Source of the DNA: Phoronis australis
Lineage: Eukaryota > Animalia > Phoronida
DNA length: 64,000 nt
Assembly (NCBI GenBank): GCA_002633005.1
Contig: NMRA01000333.1
Coordinates: 343,797 to 407,796 of the forward strand
Direction of reading: 5' to 3'
Shown here: positions 12,942 through 25,642 of the stretch, in pieces
How positions within the stretch are numbered: the stretch's first letter is position 1
Layout: every line of letters begins with the position of its first letter
Notes under the pieces: generated by a model
What the model saw: only the letters and a program-made list of their open reading frames with translations
Databases searched by the model: none
Told to the model about the DNA's origin: nothing
Program-made: the position numbers and the translations under genes

Positions 12942-14779
12942 TGTGTTCTGTCAAAGAAGGGAACCAGCATGCTCAGGGTACAAACTGACCTGCAGTCAAC
13001 TTTGAGTGCCCTGTCTCAAAAAATAATGAACTGTTGGTTCTCTCAAAACCCTGAAATAACATCTAATTTGACAGTTTAAGCCCCATTTCAGTATGGTAAG
13101 TGGCCTCAGTCAAATATTATTTTTGTGATGGAAGGCTGGTTTATAAATGCTGCTTCAAGCAAAACTGCGTCAGAGTTAACTGGAGATGAAGAGCTGAGTG
13201 AGTACATGAACTAGACCAGGCGTACAGCAGGATTTTGTGTTATGTAAGCAGAGATCCAACTCATGTGCGTGTAACTGCACAACCTCTATCAGCTTTTTTG
13301 ACATTTTTATTATTCCACTTGTTATGTAATACACTAGGTATACAAAACTTGTTTACAAAATGCAAATCATTCGTACACCCCTCATAAACACGTGTTCAAA
13401 CAAACACATAATCCCAGGTCACCAGTTAAGCAGGCAAGCTATTCCAAAAGATGTAAAAAAGTAGATCATTCTATAAATATTTGTGGATACTTGCAATTTC
13501 TAAAGAAAAGAGAAATTGTCTATAAATGTATCGACTGAAGGTCAGGTCTTTGCAATACATTGCATATGAATATGGTGTTTTATTAGTATTAAGATCGAAA
13601 TTAATCACTGATTACCATATATTATAGTCTTGCCATCTATTTCTATGTTGAGTTTATATCTGCTTGATATCTTGTTTATATTCAGATTAAACACTGGTAT
13701 AAGCAGATTAAAGTCAGGAACATTTTGATGACTCCATTTCATTCTAAGCACCACAATGACCACCTCAACTAGCCGTGCATTGACAACTGTGATGCTTGGC
13801 ACAGATATTGCTGATGTCGCTTTTCCCTTAGTGTGTTCAGTTAGGAATTAGCTTTGCTATTGGTGAATTGTTTCTAATTTGTTGTCGTCTTGTTCTGCAG
13901 GAGCAGTTTGTTGACTCCGTTTCTTCTTTCTGATCAGTAGAACCAGCACCAGCACCAGCACCAGCGCGATGACAACTACGGCACTAGATACAGCTATTGC
14001 CGCTATCTGCCCTTCTGTCAGACCAACACTCTTTGTACTCTGCTGTCCTGTTGTTGTGTACTGGCCCGTTGTATACTGTCCTGTTGTGTGTCCACTTAGT
14101 GATACATTCTGGGTTGTCTGGTAACTGCCAGAACTTGTGACAGTACTTTTTGTGGTGGCAGTGTCGTTTGTGTCTGAAATTAAAGCGTTTCAGAAACACA
14201 GTTTTTGTGACATGTTTACCTGCTATTACATTCCCAGTCAAGATATTTTTTCCAAATGTATTAGTAAGGCAAAATTTGACGTACCTGAAGGATAGAGTGC
14301 AGAAATAAAGACAGCCATATTATAGACGTTTTTCCATTTTTCAGTAAGATTCAACTTCAGGCACGCCTCACTGGGTCATGATTCATTTTGTTTAGAAATT
14401 GTCTGACATTTTAAAACCTGCGATGTTTATAAAAGCACGCATCAATTCAGTTGTCTCTGATTGTAATAAGCAAACAAAAGCATGCATCAATTCAGTTGTC
14501 TCTGATTGTGATAAGCAAATATCAAGTTACATGACTCAAAGTTTTGATTACCTGCTTGGGCCTCTATTGCAAGAAGTGAAAAGAAAATGATGGAGAAGAG
14601 CTTCGTGTGTTTCATGATTGCACAAGTGAGATGGAACATCCCTCTTTCCCTGTTGATGCTGTTTGTGTGGTGGGATTATTGTTGTGACTTGTGTATCTCC
14701 ACTGTTTCATTGTTGCCAAGCATTGAAGGTACAGTTGTAATCACTCTCCCTAGAATCTGAACTATTTTTAATTACAAAT

Positions 14780-15930
14780 ACTCAACTATCATGGCAAGAT
14801 CTTGTGTTACTGTCCTATCACAAACCTCAGTCTCTTATTTCCCTTGCACAAAAGGTGTTAGACAAGGTTGTGTCCTGACTGTCTCTGGCTATTTTCAGTG
14901 TTTATTATTGGATTTAGTAAATCATATTTAAAGAGGGAGGTAGAGGCATATGATTCTCAGATGATGTCGAGATTAGGTTATTGTTTTTTTGTAGATGATC
15001 TATTATTAGTTTCTGACACTGTTATCAAACTAAATCAATGTACATGAGGAATTTTGTAGCAACTGAAACCTCAGTCATAGTTGTGGTCTTTAAACGTGGA
15101 GAAATGGTTTCCTCGTATGAGATTTAATGTTTTTTCAAAGTCAGAAAAATTGAAACTACTCTTAAACTAATAGCTTGACATCATGTAGACTACAGTGGGC
15201 CCAATACTGTGGTACTCTAGCAACTGTGGTATTCTAGCAACTGGGCTACTCTAGCCACTGTTGTACTCTAGCAACTGTGGTACTCTAGCCATGAAATAGT
15301 TAAAACCAGTTTATCTCCCTGGATTTACTTTTAATTATTTGACACCATGATTATTACCAGACAGTTATGGGGTACTAAGTAACTATGCTCTGTAGGCAGG
15401 CTGAAATGTGCATAATTATGAGATTTGAAAATGTGTACTGAAATTAAAAAAGAAAACTTCGAATTCTCTGTACTAAATGTATGCAAAAAGCAGTAATGTA
15501 CTGTACAAAAATATTACAATTGGACGCTAACATAACCGGTCTAATGTTATGGGTTGTCAGGACAGGTGCGAGAGCTAATTGAAAGAAGTTTGAAGAACTA
15601 GGCTCACAATGTGTGACCCATGTTGTTCAGATATGGGTTTGGAGAAGTCTGGTTGATTGGTTTGGGAATCATCCAATTATTTTGTATGGAATTCAATCAG
15701 TGACTTTTTATTGTTTTGTCCAGGAATGGCAAACAGAAATTGTCAGCTAGAACAGATTACAGTTTTAATACAGTTACAGTATTTACTAAAACTGACTTGG
15801 TATGTGAGGACTATTGAACCTCCTTGAACACTCACTTCAAGTTTATTTGTAAAATTTTAATGCTCATTGCACAAGCTTTGTATCAAAGTAGGCTGTCATT
15901 ATAATGTATCCAGAGATATTATAATAAATC
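14780..15930 (+). mobile_element. Decayed LINE reverse transcriptase remnant, with a 17-bp minisatellite at 15207-15290
   Basis: FPCTKGVRQGCVL at about 14840-14880 and an LLF..DDLLL-like segment at about 14980-15010; frameshifted. Confidence 0.6.
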
Positions 15931-15934
15931 TGAA

Positions 15935-16142
15935 ATTTGTAATATGGAAGTGATTGAAGATGGGGACATTTTATTTGTAATATGGGAGTGATTGAAGATG
16001 ACATTTTATTTGTAATATGGGAGCGATTGAAGATGAGGACATTTTATTTGTAATATGGAAGTGATTGAAGATGAGGACATTTTATTTGTAATATGGAAGT
16101 GATTGAAGATGAGGACATTTTATTTGTAATATGGGAGTGATT
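15935..16142. repeat. Minisatellite, about 38-bp unit x5.5 (ATTTGTAATATGGAAGTGATTGAAGATGAGGACATTTT)
   Basis: Direct tandem copies. Confidence 0.9.
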
Positions 16143-16760
16143 GTTGTTTGTATCTTCTTCCATATCTACAAAGTTCATTCAGGGAAGGATTGTTGTGAAA
16201 ATTTCAGACTAGTGAGGATATCATGGTTGAGATTGATTTGGTCTGTATTGGTTCCTTACTTAAGGTTTTTTCTGGGATAGCTAAGAATTGGCCATTCGTT
16301 GATGCTTAGTTTATAAAATGACCCATGGTGACTAGCCATCTTGTTGAGCCACAACTCAAATGACCCAAGGAGACTAGCCATCTTGCTGAGCCACAACTCA
16401 AATAACCATTTGTCATTTCGTTTTAAGCCCATAAACCAGTTGAGGCCAAATGGTCTTATTCAAAAGTAATTTTTGAATAAAGGGCAGGCTAATAGTGGTT
16501 TTAAATTCTGAAGTTTCAACAGGTAACCTATAGTTTATCATGTTTCTGATGTTTTCAACAATTAACCTATACCTCATCATTGTTAATTCTGATGTTTTCA
16601 ACAGGTTATCTGTGACTCGTGTTTCTGATGTTTTCAGTAAGTAACCTAAAACTTATCATGTTTCATATGTTTTGTCAATCTAGGAACAAGGATGAAACTC
16701 CTATAAAATACCTCGAAAGATAAAAGTTACTCTAAACGATGTTCTTAATTATTTTTTCAG

Positions 16761-16837
16761 GGTTTGGACGTGGGTGATGAGACCATGGCAAGCTTTGTGT
16801 CTGTTGTTGGTAAAGCAAAGCTGATAGTTTGGAATGG
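16761..16837 (+). CDS. PGK: PGK exon (GLDVG...LIVWNG)
   Basis: TTTTTTCAG acceptor, GTAAGT donor; starts in phase 0. Confidence 0.9.
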
Positions 16838-19800
16838 GTAAGTGTTGATTGTTGATACTCTTTATAGTACCAGTCTGGTGCAATGGGTTATTTTTGAAAG
16901 TGTTTATAGTATCTGTCTGGTGGAAGGGGTAAGACTTGATACTGTTTATAGTATCTGTTTGGATGGTCTGAAGAGACTGGTTCAAAACAATCCAGTCCAA
17001 AGTAAGTGGACAAAGTTGGATTTCCTCATCATTGGGGATAATAACCCTTCACGACTCATTCCATTTGTTCTGATGGTCTCGCACTCAGTCATTCAGACGG
17101 CTGTGGTTTGAAAACATTCCTACTGTGTCCTGTACAACTGGAAAGCAACATGCCCGCATTTTGAGAACCAGTTGATGCTAGTTATTGACTGGAGTCAAGT
17201 GGTTCTCAAAAGGTGGTCACGTTATATCAGACCATTACTAATGAGTTTACTGGAAATATTTACATGATGAAGCATGTACCTTTCTTTTGACTGACGTCTG
17301 CATATTTTGTATGTTTGCAGTCAACAGTTCTGCGTTGTGTTGGTGTTGTAGCTAAATCAGATTTCAAAACTTTTATAAACAATGCCATGGTATTACATTT
17401 TCACACCTCCTCGTATTCAGTGTCCCAATTTGAGAAATATGATGGGTGTCCCAAATTTTAGAAATTGTGCCAAACTGGAGAATTTTTACTGTATTTTTTT
17501 TTCTTGGAGTTACCTTAAGTTCTCAAACTCCTGACTTGAGCTCTGTTTTATTTATATTTAAGATATATTTTTGTCTAAACCCTAGGTACACCATAGATTT
17601 ATATGCTTGTTCAGTTGAGATATCTTCAGTCTACTAAGAAAGTTGTAATGTGTCGTAGCTTTTGCTTCGTGTTCACTGACTTTCACAAAAGATATGTTGA
17701 CTTCTTTGGAAATCTCATGGCTTAAGCAAACTTGTTGTTACAGGCCAGTGGGTGTGTTTGAGTTTGAGAATTTTGCCAAGGGTACCAAGTCACTAATGGA
17801 TGCGGTGGTCAATGCCACACAACAAGGATGCACCACCATAATAGGTAATGTGTACAATAACGCTTTTCCAAACTGCATTAATAGAAAATGACTATTGACA
17901 GTATTACTGGTATCCCTCTGGTCATTGCTTACAATGGTTTGTAGTGCTTCTATATTGGCAAGAAAGCTATATTTTGCAGTTTCACAATTAGGCCTTATAC
18001 TGTCTTCAAATTAGTTTGGTAAAATGATGGAAGGGGGAGCCTTAGTTGCGGGCGAAAGCCAACAATTTTCATGGTGAATAATACAAGTTCCATATTACAA
18101 ATATACTGCTAATAAGAAATGAGGTTACTAAAGCACGTCCCCGCAATACATGATCAACACAAGGTTTTTGTCGTATTTCTAGTTGAGCCGAACTCGTGAT
18201 TTTCCATTTGTTTTGTCTAAAGTTGTCACGGCTTGTATGCGGGGTGTTGGTATTTTGTCAATATGGCCAATGATACTTTTGGAAACTTGTTATGTCAAGC
18301 ATGTGAACATTCAGCATCAGACCAGTTATATAGTCTGGCGGCCATGTTATTTTCAACTTCGTTTCCTGTCTGCGCTGGATATTTGGAATATTGCATTAAG
18401 TCTTTATGCTTGGTTGCCTCCACACGACATGTTTTCACGAGTCATGAGGTACAACTTGACTGACAACGTAAGTTTATCTTATAGGTGAAGTGCTAAATCC
18501 GGAGTTCATTTGCAAAGTAAATATCTACTTAAAGTTAAGATAGAACAACGCATATTTTAATCCAAATGTGTTGATTACCATATTGTTCTTAACTGGCAGA
18601 AGAATGGACGGTCTGTTACAAAATTTCGTTAGTTTACTGTACACAAAAACACTGGCTTGAGCGATAACAACGAAAGTTGGCTATCTTGTCATGTTGAACA
18701 TGCTAATCAATTTTTTATAAACAAATATTTTGAAAAAAGTCTGATTAGGAACGTTACCGCAAACCAATTATACGAAAGTTTTCGGTTACTGCTGATGGTA
18801 AACTGCTAATGCATCGACTGAAAGTTCGAAAGAAAAAATCAAAGCGAGAATTTTTAAATATCTGACCGCCATTTTTCAGTCGGGTCAGGAAGGTTACTAA
18901 TGTTTGCAGCTGTACAAGTCATGTTTCAATTTTGCGACAAACTGTGATCAAAAGGCGATACATTGCTTTGAGACCAATTACAGGCCGACCCCTGCTCGGC
19001 CAGTCTACCTCCTTGCTTGAGAAATTTTGGAAGTATAATATGTAATGTTTTTGTTAACTAAAAATAGATGCAATTGCAATGGCAGCTTGCAGTAGTCTCC
19101 GTCATTTTACATGACAACAAGATTTTTCGTCTACACCTATGTGGTCATGTGACCCGTTAGTTCCTGTATATCACTTACAGTAGGTGGTGGTGCTGCTGGT
19201 CATATTCCTCATCATGATGACATTCTTTTTACTATGGTGATCTTTCACCTCTTTGGTACACAATATGGCCGACGAAGGAAATTATATTTTATCAAATTTC
19301 TCCACAGAAGTAAAGATTATAAAATGTTTTGTTCATCACTAGAATAGGTTGTACTTTGTAGATGTCATAAGACAACATTTGTCAATGTTCAATTTATTTA
19401 CAGCAAGGTAATCAGCCTTTGAAAATGACAAAATATCAAGTTTATTAATTATTTTTCTGTGAAGTAAGTCGGGAATTACCCTACTAACAAAAATTGAAAC
19501 CATGGACTGCCAAAAACTCTATTGGGGTTGGCCTACTTTAAAATTGTGAAATCTAAAATGGCACATCTGCACAATGTCTTGGGCTCAAGTTGCTGGCTCA
19601 TTTGGCCACAATTCAAGGCAGGTTGAGCATGGTAATGTTTCTAAATCCAAAAGTGGCATTCTCCTTTAACTTAAAAGTTAAAGGAGAATGCCACCCAAAA
19701 AAATAACCTAGTTTGTATCAAGTTAGATACAGTACTTCCATTCGATAAAAGCAAGTACATCTCTCTTACCTGACACCTGACGACAGACGAAGGTGTTGAA

Positions 19801-22222
19801 ATTAACCAATGACGTAATCGGCTCGAACGCAGTCTGTTCAGCAGTTCACAACACCCTTACTGGTGTCAGCTTATCGGTTAAATTCGTTTTACACCAATAA
19901 ATCATCAAAATTCGATGTAAAACCCTTACAAATACACAGTTATTGAAAAAACGTGTTATTTTATATCTCTGTTACGCATTTCTAGGTATTTGAACGTATC
20001 GTAGCCTACAAAGTTCGGTAGACCAATTTACCAACGTTGGTGTCTGTTCGGTGATAAGCTCAAATTATTTGTCCGTGAAATACAGACAGGAGAAAATAGC
20101 TGTGTGTTGTAATTTTAGACGAGATTTTTCAGTTCTAAACACACAAAACGCTTGCTATCCCGGCCAGTGGCTGGCAACTGAACCCAACCAGGCCCATCAC
20201 AGCGGGCCTGAAGACATCACGAACATAAACCAGCCAAATTTGGTAACTAAACTAGACTATACTAGTGAGCCAAAGAAAACATGTGCATGTGAATATCTAA
20301 ATAAAGATTCCCTTAACATCATAGGATATAAAATCCAATTATTGTGCTTCACAACAGCTTTCTATCAGCAAACTCTGAATTAGCATGCGCTCACACGGAC
20401 TCGGTGCCCGGCGATCAATTAGTTTATTAGTGCATCTAAAGCCTGTAACACAGTGGTTTATTCATTGCTGGCTTCTCAAATCATTTTCGCTCACTAACAC
20501 TCCAAGGTATTACAACTTGTGTCTAATGAGACAGACTTTGTTTCAGTTTGTTATAAACATTGATTAGGGTGAGAATAATTCATTTTGAAACAGAACGCAC
20601 AGTAATTAATAAATGTCAACTCGCAATCCTGACTTAGACGAGTGCTCATACGACGAAGACTCCACAGGTTGATCGTTAGGTTTCACAGGCTATCAGTTCG
20701 AACCGGAATACACTGGTCAAGAAATAGCAGAGAGGGTCCGTGAACACAGACAACGGATCATATGGATACTTCCGAAAACCGTTTGAATGACTTGTCATGG
20801 CGTCAGTGAGCTAACTGCACGATAATGGAAACGACTGACGTTGCGTTTGCTGCCACAAAATTCCTCAAGTGAAACGCGTTCTTGGAGAAGCGCAGATGTG
20901 TCTTACAGACCATCCTGATTTTGCACCGCGTCTAAACATAGGTGTGCTTGTGACATTTTTTAGGGCTGAGAAAAAGAACTGGTGAAAACATCCTACACCC
21001 AAACAGAAGCCTCACAAACCAATCAGTCACAAAAAGGTTACATAAAACGTTCTCATGCCTTGAATTAATTGTAATTGTTTATATTTCATGGCCAGCTACA
21101 ATTCTCCACAATCAAAAACCGCTCAACGACCGATCTGTTGAAATGCAGGTCACTGACAGACACGAGAACTTTCACGGCCTCGTACTTGGTATTAACGTTG
21201 TACTTTTCATTCTTTACTACCGCAAACCACTTCCGAAGCGTTATGGGCTGTTGAGGAAATCAAAGAAAAAAACGATAGACCCGCTTTCATCGCAGCTTCA
21301 TATTTTGCAAAAGCGGGAACGATGCACCACACCATAGCAGTACTCATATAGACCGATTAAGATGTTAAAAAGACTGATTAAATCGGGTGGCATTCTCCTT
21401 TAAGAATTTAAAATTGACAGATAATCGGCGACTTTTGTGGAGGCTGATGTTGTAAACAGAATTGTATTCTCCTCAGTATAGTGCGGCTCACCTGAGCACC
21501 TACGTTTAAAAAACTACCTCTACACTGAAGATTGTTGTTGCATGCGCTAGTAGTGGTTATTTATTTAACAGTTACAATCTGGGTAATCTGTTTGTTCATG
21601 TCCTGTATTATGGCTCTTTAGTCACTCTTTGAGGAATGCTCAAATTCAATGTGCAACAATAGACGAGACCCACGGTGTGAACTACAGTATTTTTGTTAAC
21701 TCTGAGAGAACTTGCAAACATCTGTTACACAATATGGTTCGAGAGGCCTCTGTCGGCAAACATGTAAACTATAATGGCACGAGCTTTTGGTTATTTCAGG
21801 TGGAGGAGACACTGCCACCTGTTGTGCCAAGTGGGGAACTGAAGACAAAGTGAGTCATGTCAGTACTGGAGGTGGCGCTAGTCTTGAATTGCTGGAGGGT
21901 AAGGCAGTTTTTATGTCGAAGCATTATTTTTGCAGTAAATATTTTTCATCTTTCATTATTTTGGATTTTATCATTGTTTTATGAATCTTTAGAAACCAGT
22001 GTGAAAGACAGCAGCATTAGACAAATTGTGATTTTGAACAAAAACCTGTCTACAAAGAAGGTAACGCAGTTAAAATAAAAGATTATATTATGCAGATATG
22101 ATCTTGCCAATTTTGTTTTGTAGAATACTCAAGTACAAAATGTTATCTGTACTTCTTGTTAACTCTGGTTGTTTGTTTCAGGGAAAGTCCTGCCCGGAGT
22201 TGCTGCTCTGTCAGATGCATGA
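16761..22222 (+). CDS. PGK: Phosphoglycerate kinase, last four coding exons
   Basis: Spliced translation [105 protein letters not shown] is the canonical PGK C-terminus. Confidence 0.95.
17744..17844 (+). CDS. PGK: PGK exon ([14 protein letters not shown]...TIIG)
   Basis: CAG acceptor, GTAATG donor. Confidence 0.94.
19682..21399 (-). mobile_element. Non-autonomous Kolobok-type DNA transposon in a PGK intron, with THAP-domain remnant
   Basis: TTAA on both sides; TIRs AGGAGAATGCCACCC / GGGTGGCATTCTCCT; minus-strand MVWCIVP...GLSFF..FP...LRKWFAVVK remnant at about 21135-21336. Confidence 0.78.
21800..21898 (+). CDS. PGK: PGK exon (GGDTATCC...[13 protein letters not shown])
   Basis: TTTCAG acceptor, GTAAGG donor; PGK signature motifs. 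Confidence 0.95.
22182..22222 (+). CDS. PGK: PGK terminal coding exon ([12 protein letters not shown])
   Basis: TTTCAG acceptor, TGA at 22220-22222; AATAAA downstream near 22314 and 22734. Confidence 0.92.
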
Positions 22223-24033
22223 ATTACCGACTCTAAGGAGAGATTCAATAGTCATTTATAATACTGGGGATAGTACGAGTTTGAACACTGACAAAAATGT
22301 TTGCCGATTGGTCAATAAATTTGCATATTCACCAAATTGCAAATGAAGTGCTTGCACAGGTCACGTGATGTCAACATGTTTAGTCACTCCTGGACTGTGG
22401 AATGTTGCATATAAAGTGGAATACTTCTTCATTGTTGTATGAAAGAGCCAATATACTTTTGTGGTGGAATCTTTTAATTTAACAAAGTGCTTAACTGGAG
22501 ATAATCTCGAGTAGTAGAATGTTTGAAAATTGTGTTGTGAGGTGTTTTGTTATCATATGAAGGATAGAGATAGTGTTATTTTACTAGTGTTGAAAATTAA
22601 TAAACCACTGAATGGTTTGTAGTTTTTATACTTCAACAATACAACAACACAACAGTAACTGCCCAAGTTGTCATAACATGATAACACTACAGTGAAAATT
22701 GGAAATTATTGTTATAGAATGTGATGCCCATTCAATAAATAACAAAACATTTAACCTTTCACCCAATTTAGTGTACAACCATGGTGGTAACTCTTGATAC
22801 AGTAGATCTATTGAAAATAAGCTATTTTTACCTGAATTTTCGAAATGAACATATGTCTACTTTTATGAAAATTACCAGATGGTAACTTTTTCACTGTCAC
22901 ATAATATCTTGCACGTGGCCAACTTCCCAATGTATTTTTGAGAGGCCACTAATTGGGAATTGGCAAAAAAGATTATTGTTTGTCAATTAGTGCTAGATAT
23001 TTGAACTTGTATATCTAGTCGTAACATCGCACACACAAAAAGGTCTGTCATGACAGCTGCCAGTCAAACAGCATGACGAATCGACACTTATGTCTGTCAA
23101 AATCACTCCCAGCTGAGAGGTTTGTGATACCTGCTAGCCTCTGTTGACTACTACTGTTTCTTCCTCCATTCAAGAGATTAAACACTAGAAGGTTGAACAA
23201 GTACCAGAGTGGCCAAAAACATTGGAAGTCAAAGGGTGCATGTAGTTGGTAAAATGTGGCAATGAAAAAATTACTGATCTGTAATTAAACATGCAGTTGA
23301 AACTGCATACTACATATATACAGCCAAACTGCAGGCAACAAACCATCCCTCGACTTCGCTCAAGTGCTTGTTGTAATTGAATTTTTCAGGAACCAAATCA
23401 ATTGATATTACAGTACAGTTTGATTGGGAGTCCAAGAATGCAATGTAATAGACCAGGTTCATTAAACGCAGTTCGACAGTAAGTTAATAATGAACAAAAA
23501 GTTTTTCACAACCTTTACCTAATACCAAATGAATCATCGGTGTGCATATGACAATAACCAGACCATGTTACAAGAATAACGATACTTCACTTAGTCATTA
23601 CAATATGGCAAAGCTACATTTTGCCCTGTTTAGCTGGCAAGAAAATTGAATTGGGCATTTTATCCTCATCAGAGCTGTCTAACAAAAATTCCCTATTGTG
23701 ATGGGATTCCATTTCTATTGCCCACAACAAGAACATGGAAACCGTTAGCTTATCAAGAGAACGCTTCCTGGTTTAGTTGAAACCATCAGCTTAATGCTTC
23801 CCTGTTTAGTTGGTGTTGTCAACCCTAAAATTGCGAATTCGAAAATTATGTATGTAAACATTATGTATGTAAACATTGCCTGTTAACATGGTAAGATTCC
23901 ATTTCCACCATCTGCTTAGTGTCACAGACAATATTTTTGAATAGCACATTTAGGGATGGCAAATTCAATAAACTCTGAAGTGTTTTCTGGAGTTGCAGGA
24001 GATTTTGATGTTCTTGTTGAAACCACATAGAGT

Positions 24034-24190
24034 CTTGTCATAGTGAGAAATATACAATTATGAATTCCAGCAAAAGAACCTAGTCCTGTCATAGTGAGAA
24101 ATATACAATTAATTATGAATTCCAGGAAAAGGCCCAAGTCCTGTCATAGTGAAAAATATACAATTAGTTATGAATTCCAGCAAAAGGCCC
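24034..24190. repeat. Minisatellite, about 52-56-bp unit x3
   Basis: GTCATAGTGAGAAATATACAATTA...TGAATTCCAG repeated. Confidence 0.85.
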
Positions 24191-25642
24191 AATTCGGTTT
24201 TTGTTTTAAGTCAGCTAAACAGGGTAAAATACAGGTTAATATCTTTTTTACATATAACAACTCGTGCAACAAAGTTAGTGGTGAAGAGTCACAGAGGAGG
24301 AAAGAAATTTAACCTGTATGGTTATATGGTTTTAGGCTATTGAAAAACAGTTCCACTTCCTAAAAATTCCATTAGAACAGAGGAAGTCTCCATTTGATGC
24401 CACAGGCGTTTCTCAAGCTCTACTTGTATATACATACAACATTGTACGAATGTCAAATGTTGAATATTGTATCAAATGAACGTGTTCTAAAGATGTCACG
24501 GAAATACAAGTAAGAATTTTTTGACAGTCATGTTTTACAATTCTAGGCAGAAAGTCAAAGTAACGATGTCAACGTTTCATTCCAGATGTTCATAAACTTA
24601 GATTGTAGATAATTGAGCTTATTGCCGGAGCCAGTCAGCAGAGTTGAAATATCATGCATGACTTTCAAACTTTAATTGAAGGAAACTGTTACCAATGACA
24701 ACCTAATACAAAATTTATTAAATATGCTTATAGTAATGAGTGACATTGAATGAACATGGAGATATCTTCATCACTGACAACAGTGCTCATAGTTAACGTG
24801 TACGTGACTACTTTTGTGAAAACTTTATCCCATATTTCTGGCAACAGCTATTTTTCGAAATCACAGAAGTTGCAACTGAAAAATTACTCGACATAGCTCA
24901 TTGAAATTTAGTTCCTTGAATGTTCTTAATTTATGCACTCATAGCTAGTGAACGTTAAAATGATGTTTGATATCAACACCACAGAGTTTGTTCACTGTCA
25001 CATACCCAAGTTAGCTGAAAAGCAGAAACATTAGATACTTGCTTTCCAATTTATTTGCAACAAGTTATATTCATTATACTTTTTCCGGTTGCAGTGTTTT
25101 CATCCTCACTGTTTTGTTTCCAATTTTTCATACTTTTTCATCCTGTAGTATTCTACCTATTACAAATGTTGACTTTCATCCAATTTCTAGCCATAGCACA
25201 GAGATAGTTCAAAACACTGCCATGTCTAACTGACCTTAAATAATATTAATACATGTACCAATTTCAAACAACCTCAGAGTTGTGCACTTCCTCAGTGAGA
25301 CTGGAAGTAACATAAAATGCCATTTCAAAGGTTTACAGATGATGGCTTGTGCATGTCCAGTGTGATGTGACATGCAGTAAACAGGGTGAGATCTTCATCA
25401 AGGACACCAGCATTCATGGGATTGACTTGCATTACACAACACATCAATTTTTCAGCTTTGTCAGAGCCAGTTTACAGTGTTGAAATATCCTTCATGAATT
25501 TCAAACTCTTACTGAAGAAGGTTGTTAACAATGACAATCTAGCAGGCAGTGGATCAAATATGCTTATAGTAATGAGTGTCATCAAGTGAACATGGAGACA
25601 TCTTCAACACTAACAACAGCACTCACAGTTAAAGTTATGGTA

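Noticed and set aside
13085-13205. Candidate missing ATRX or PGK exon (CAG...GTAAG / GTGAGT signals)
   Set aside because: The translation resembles neither ATRX nor PGK.
15935-16142. CRISPR-like appearance of 37-55-bp repeats (also 37892, 46387, 46755, 59632)
   Set aside because: The units are directly adjacent with no unique spacers, there are no cas genes, and the context is eukaryotic; these are minisatellites.
18035-19530. TE-like segment in the PGK intron with short ORFs
   Set aside because: No clear TIR, TSD or recognisable domain; the ORFs look spurious.
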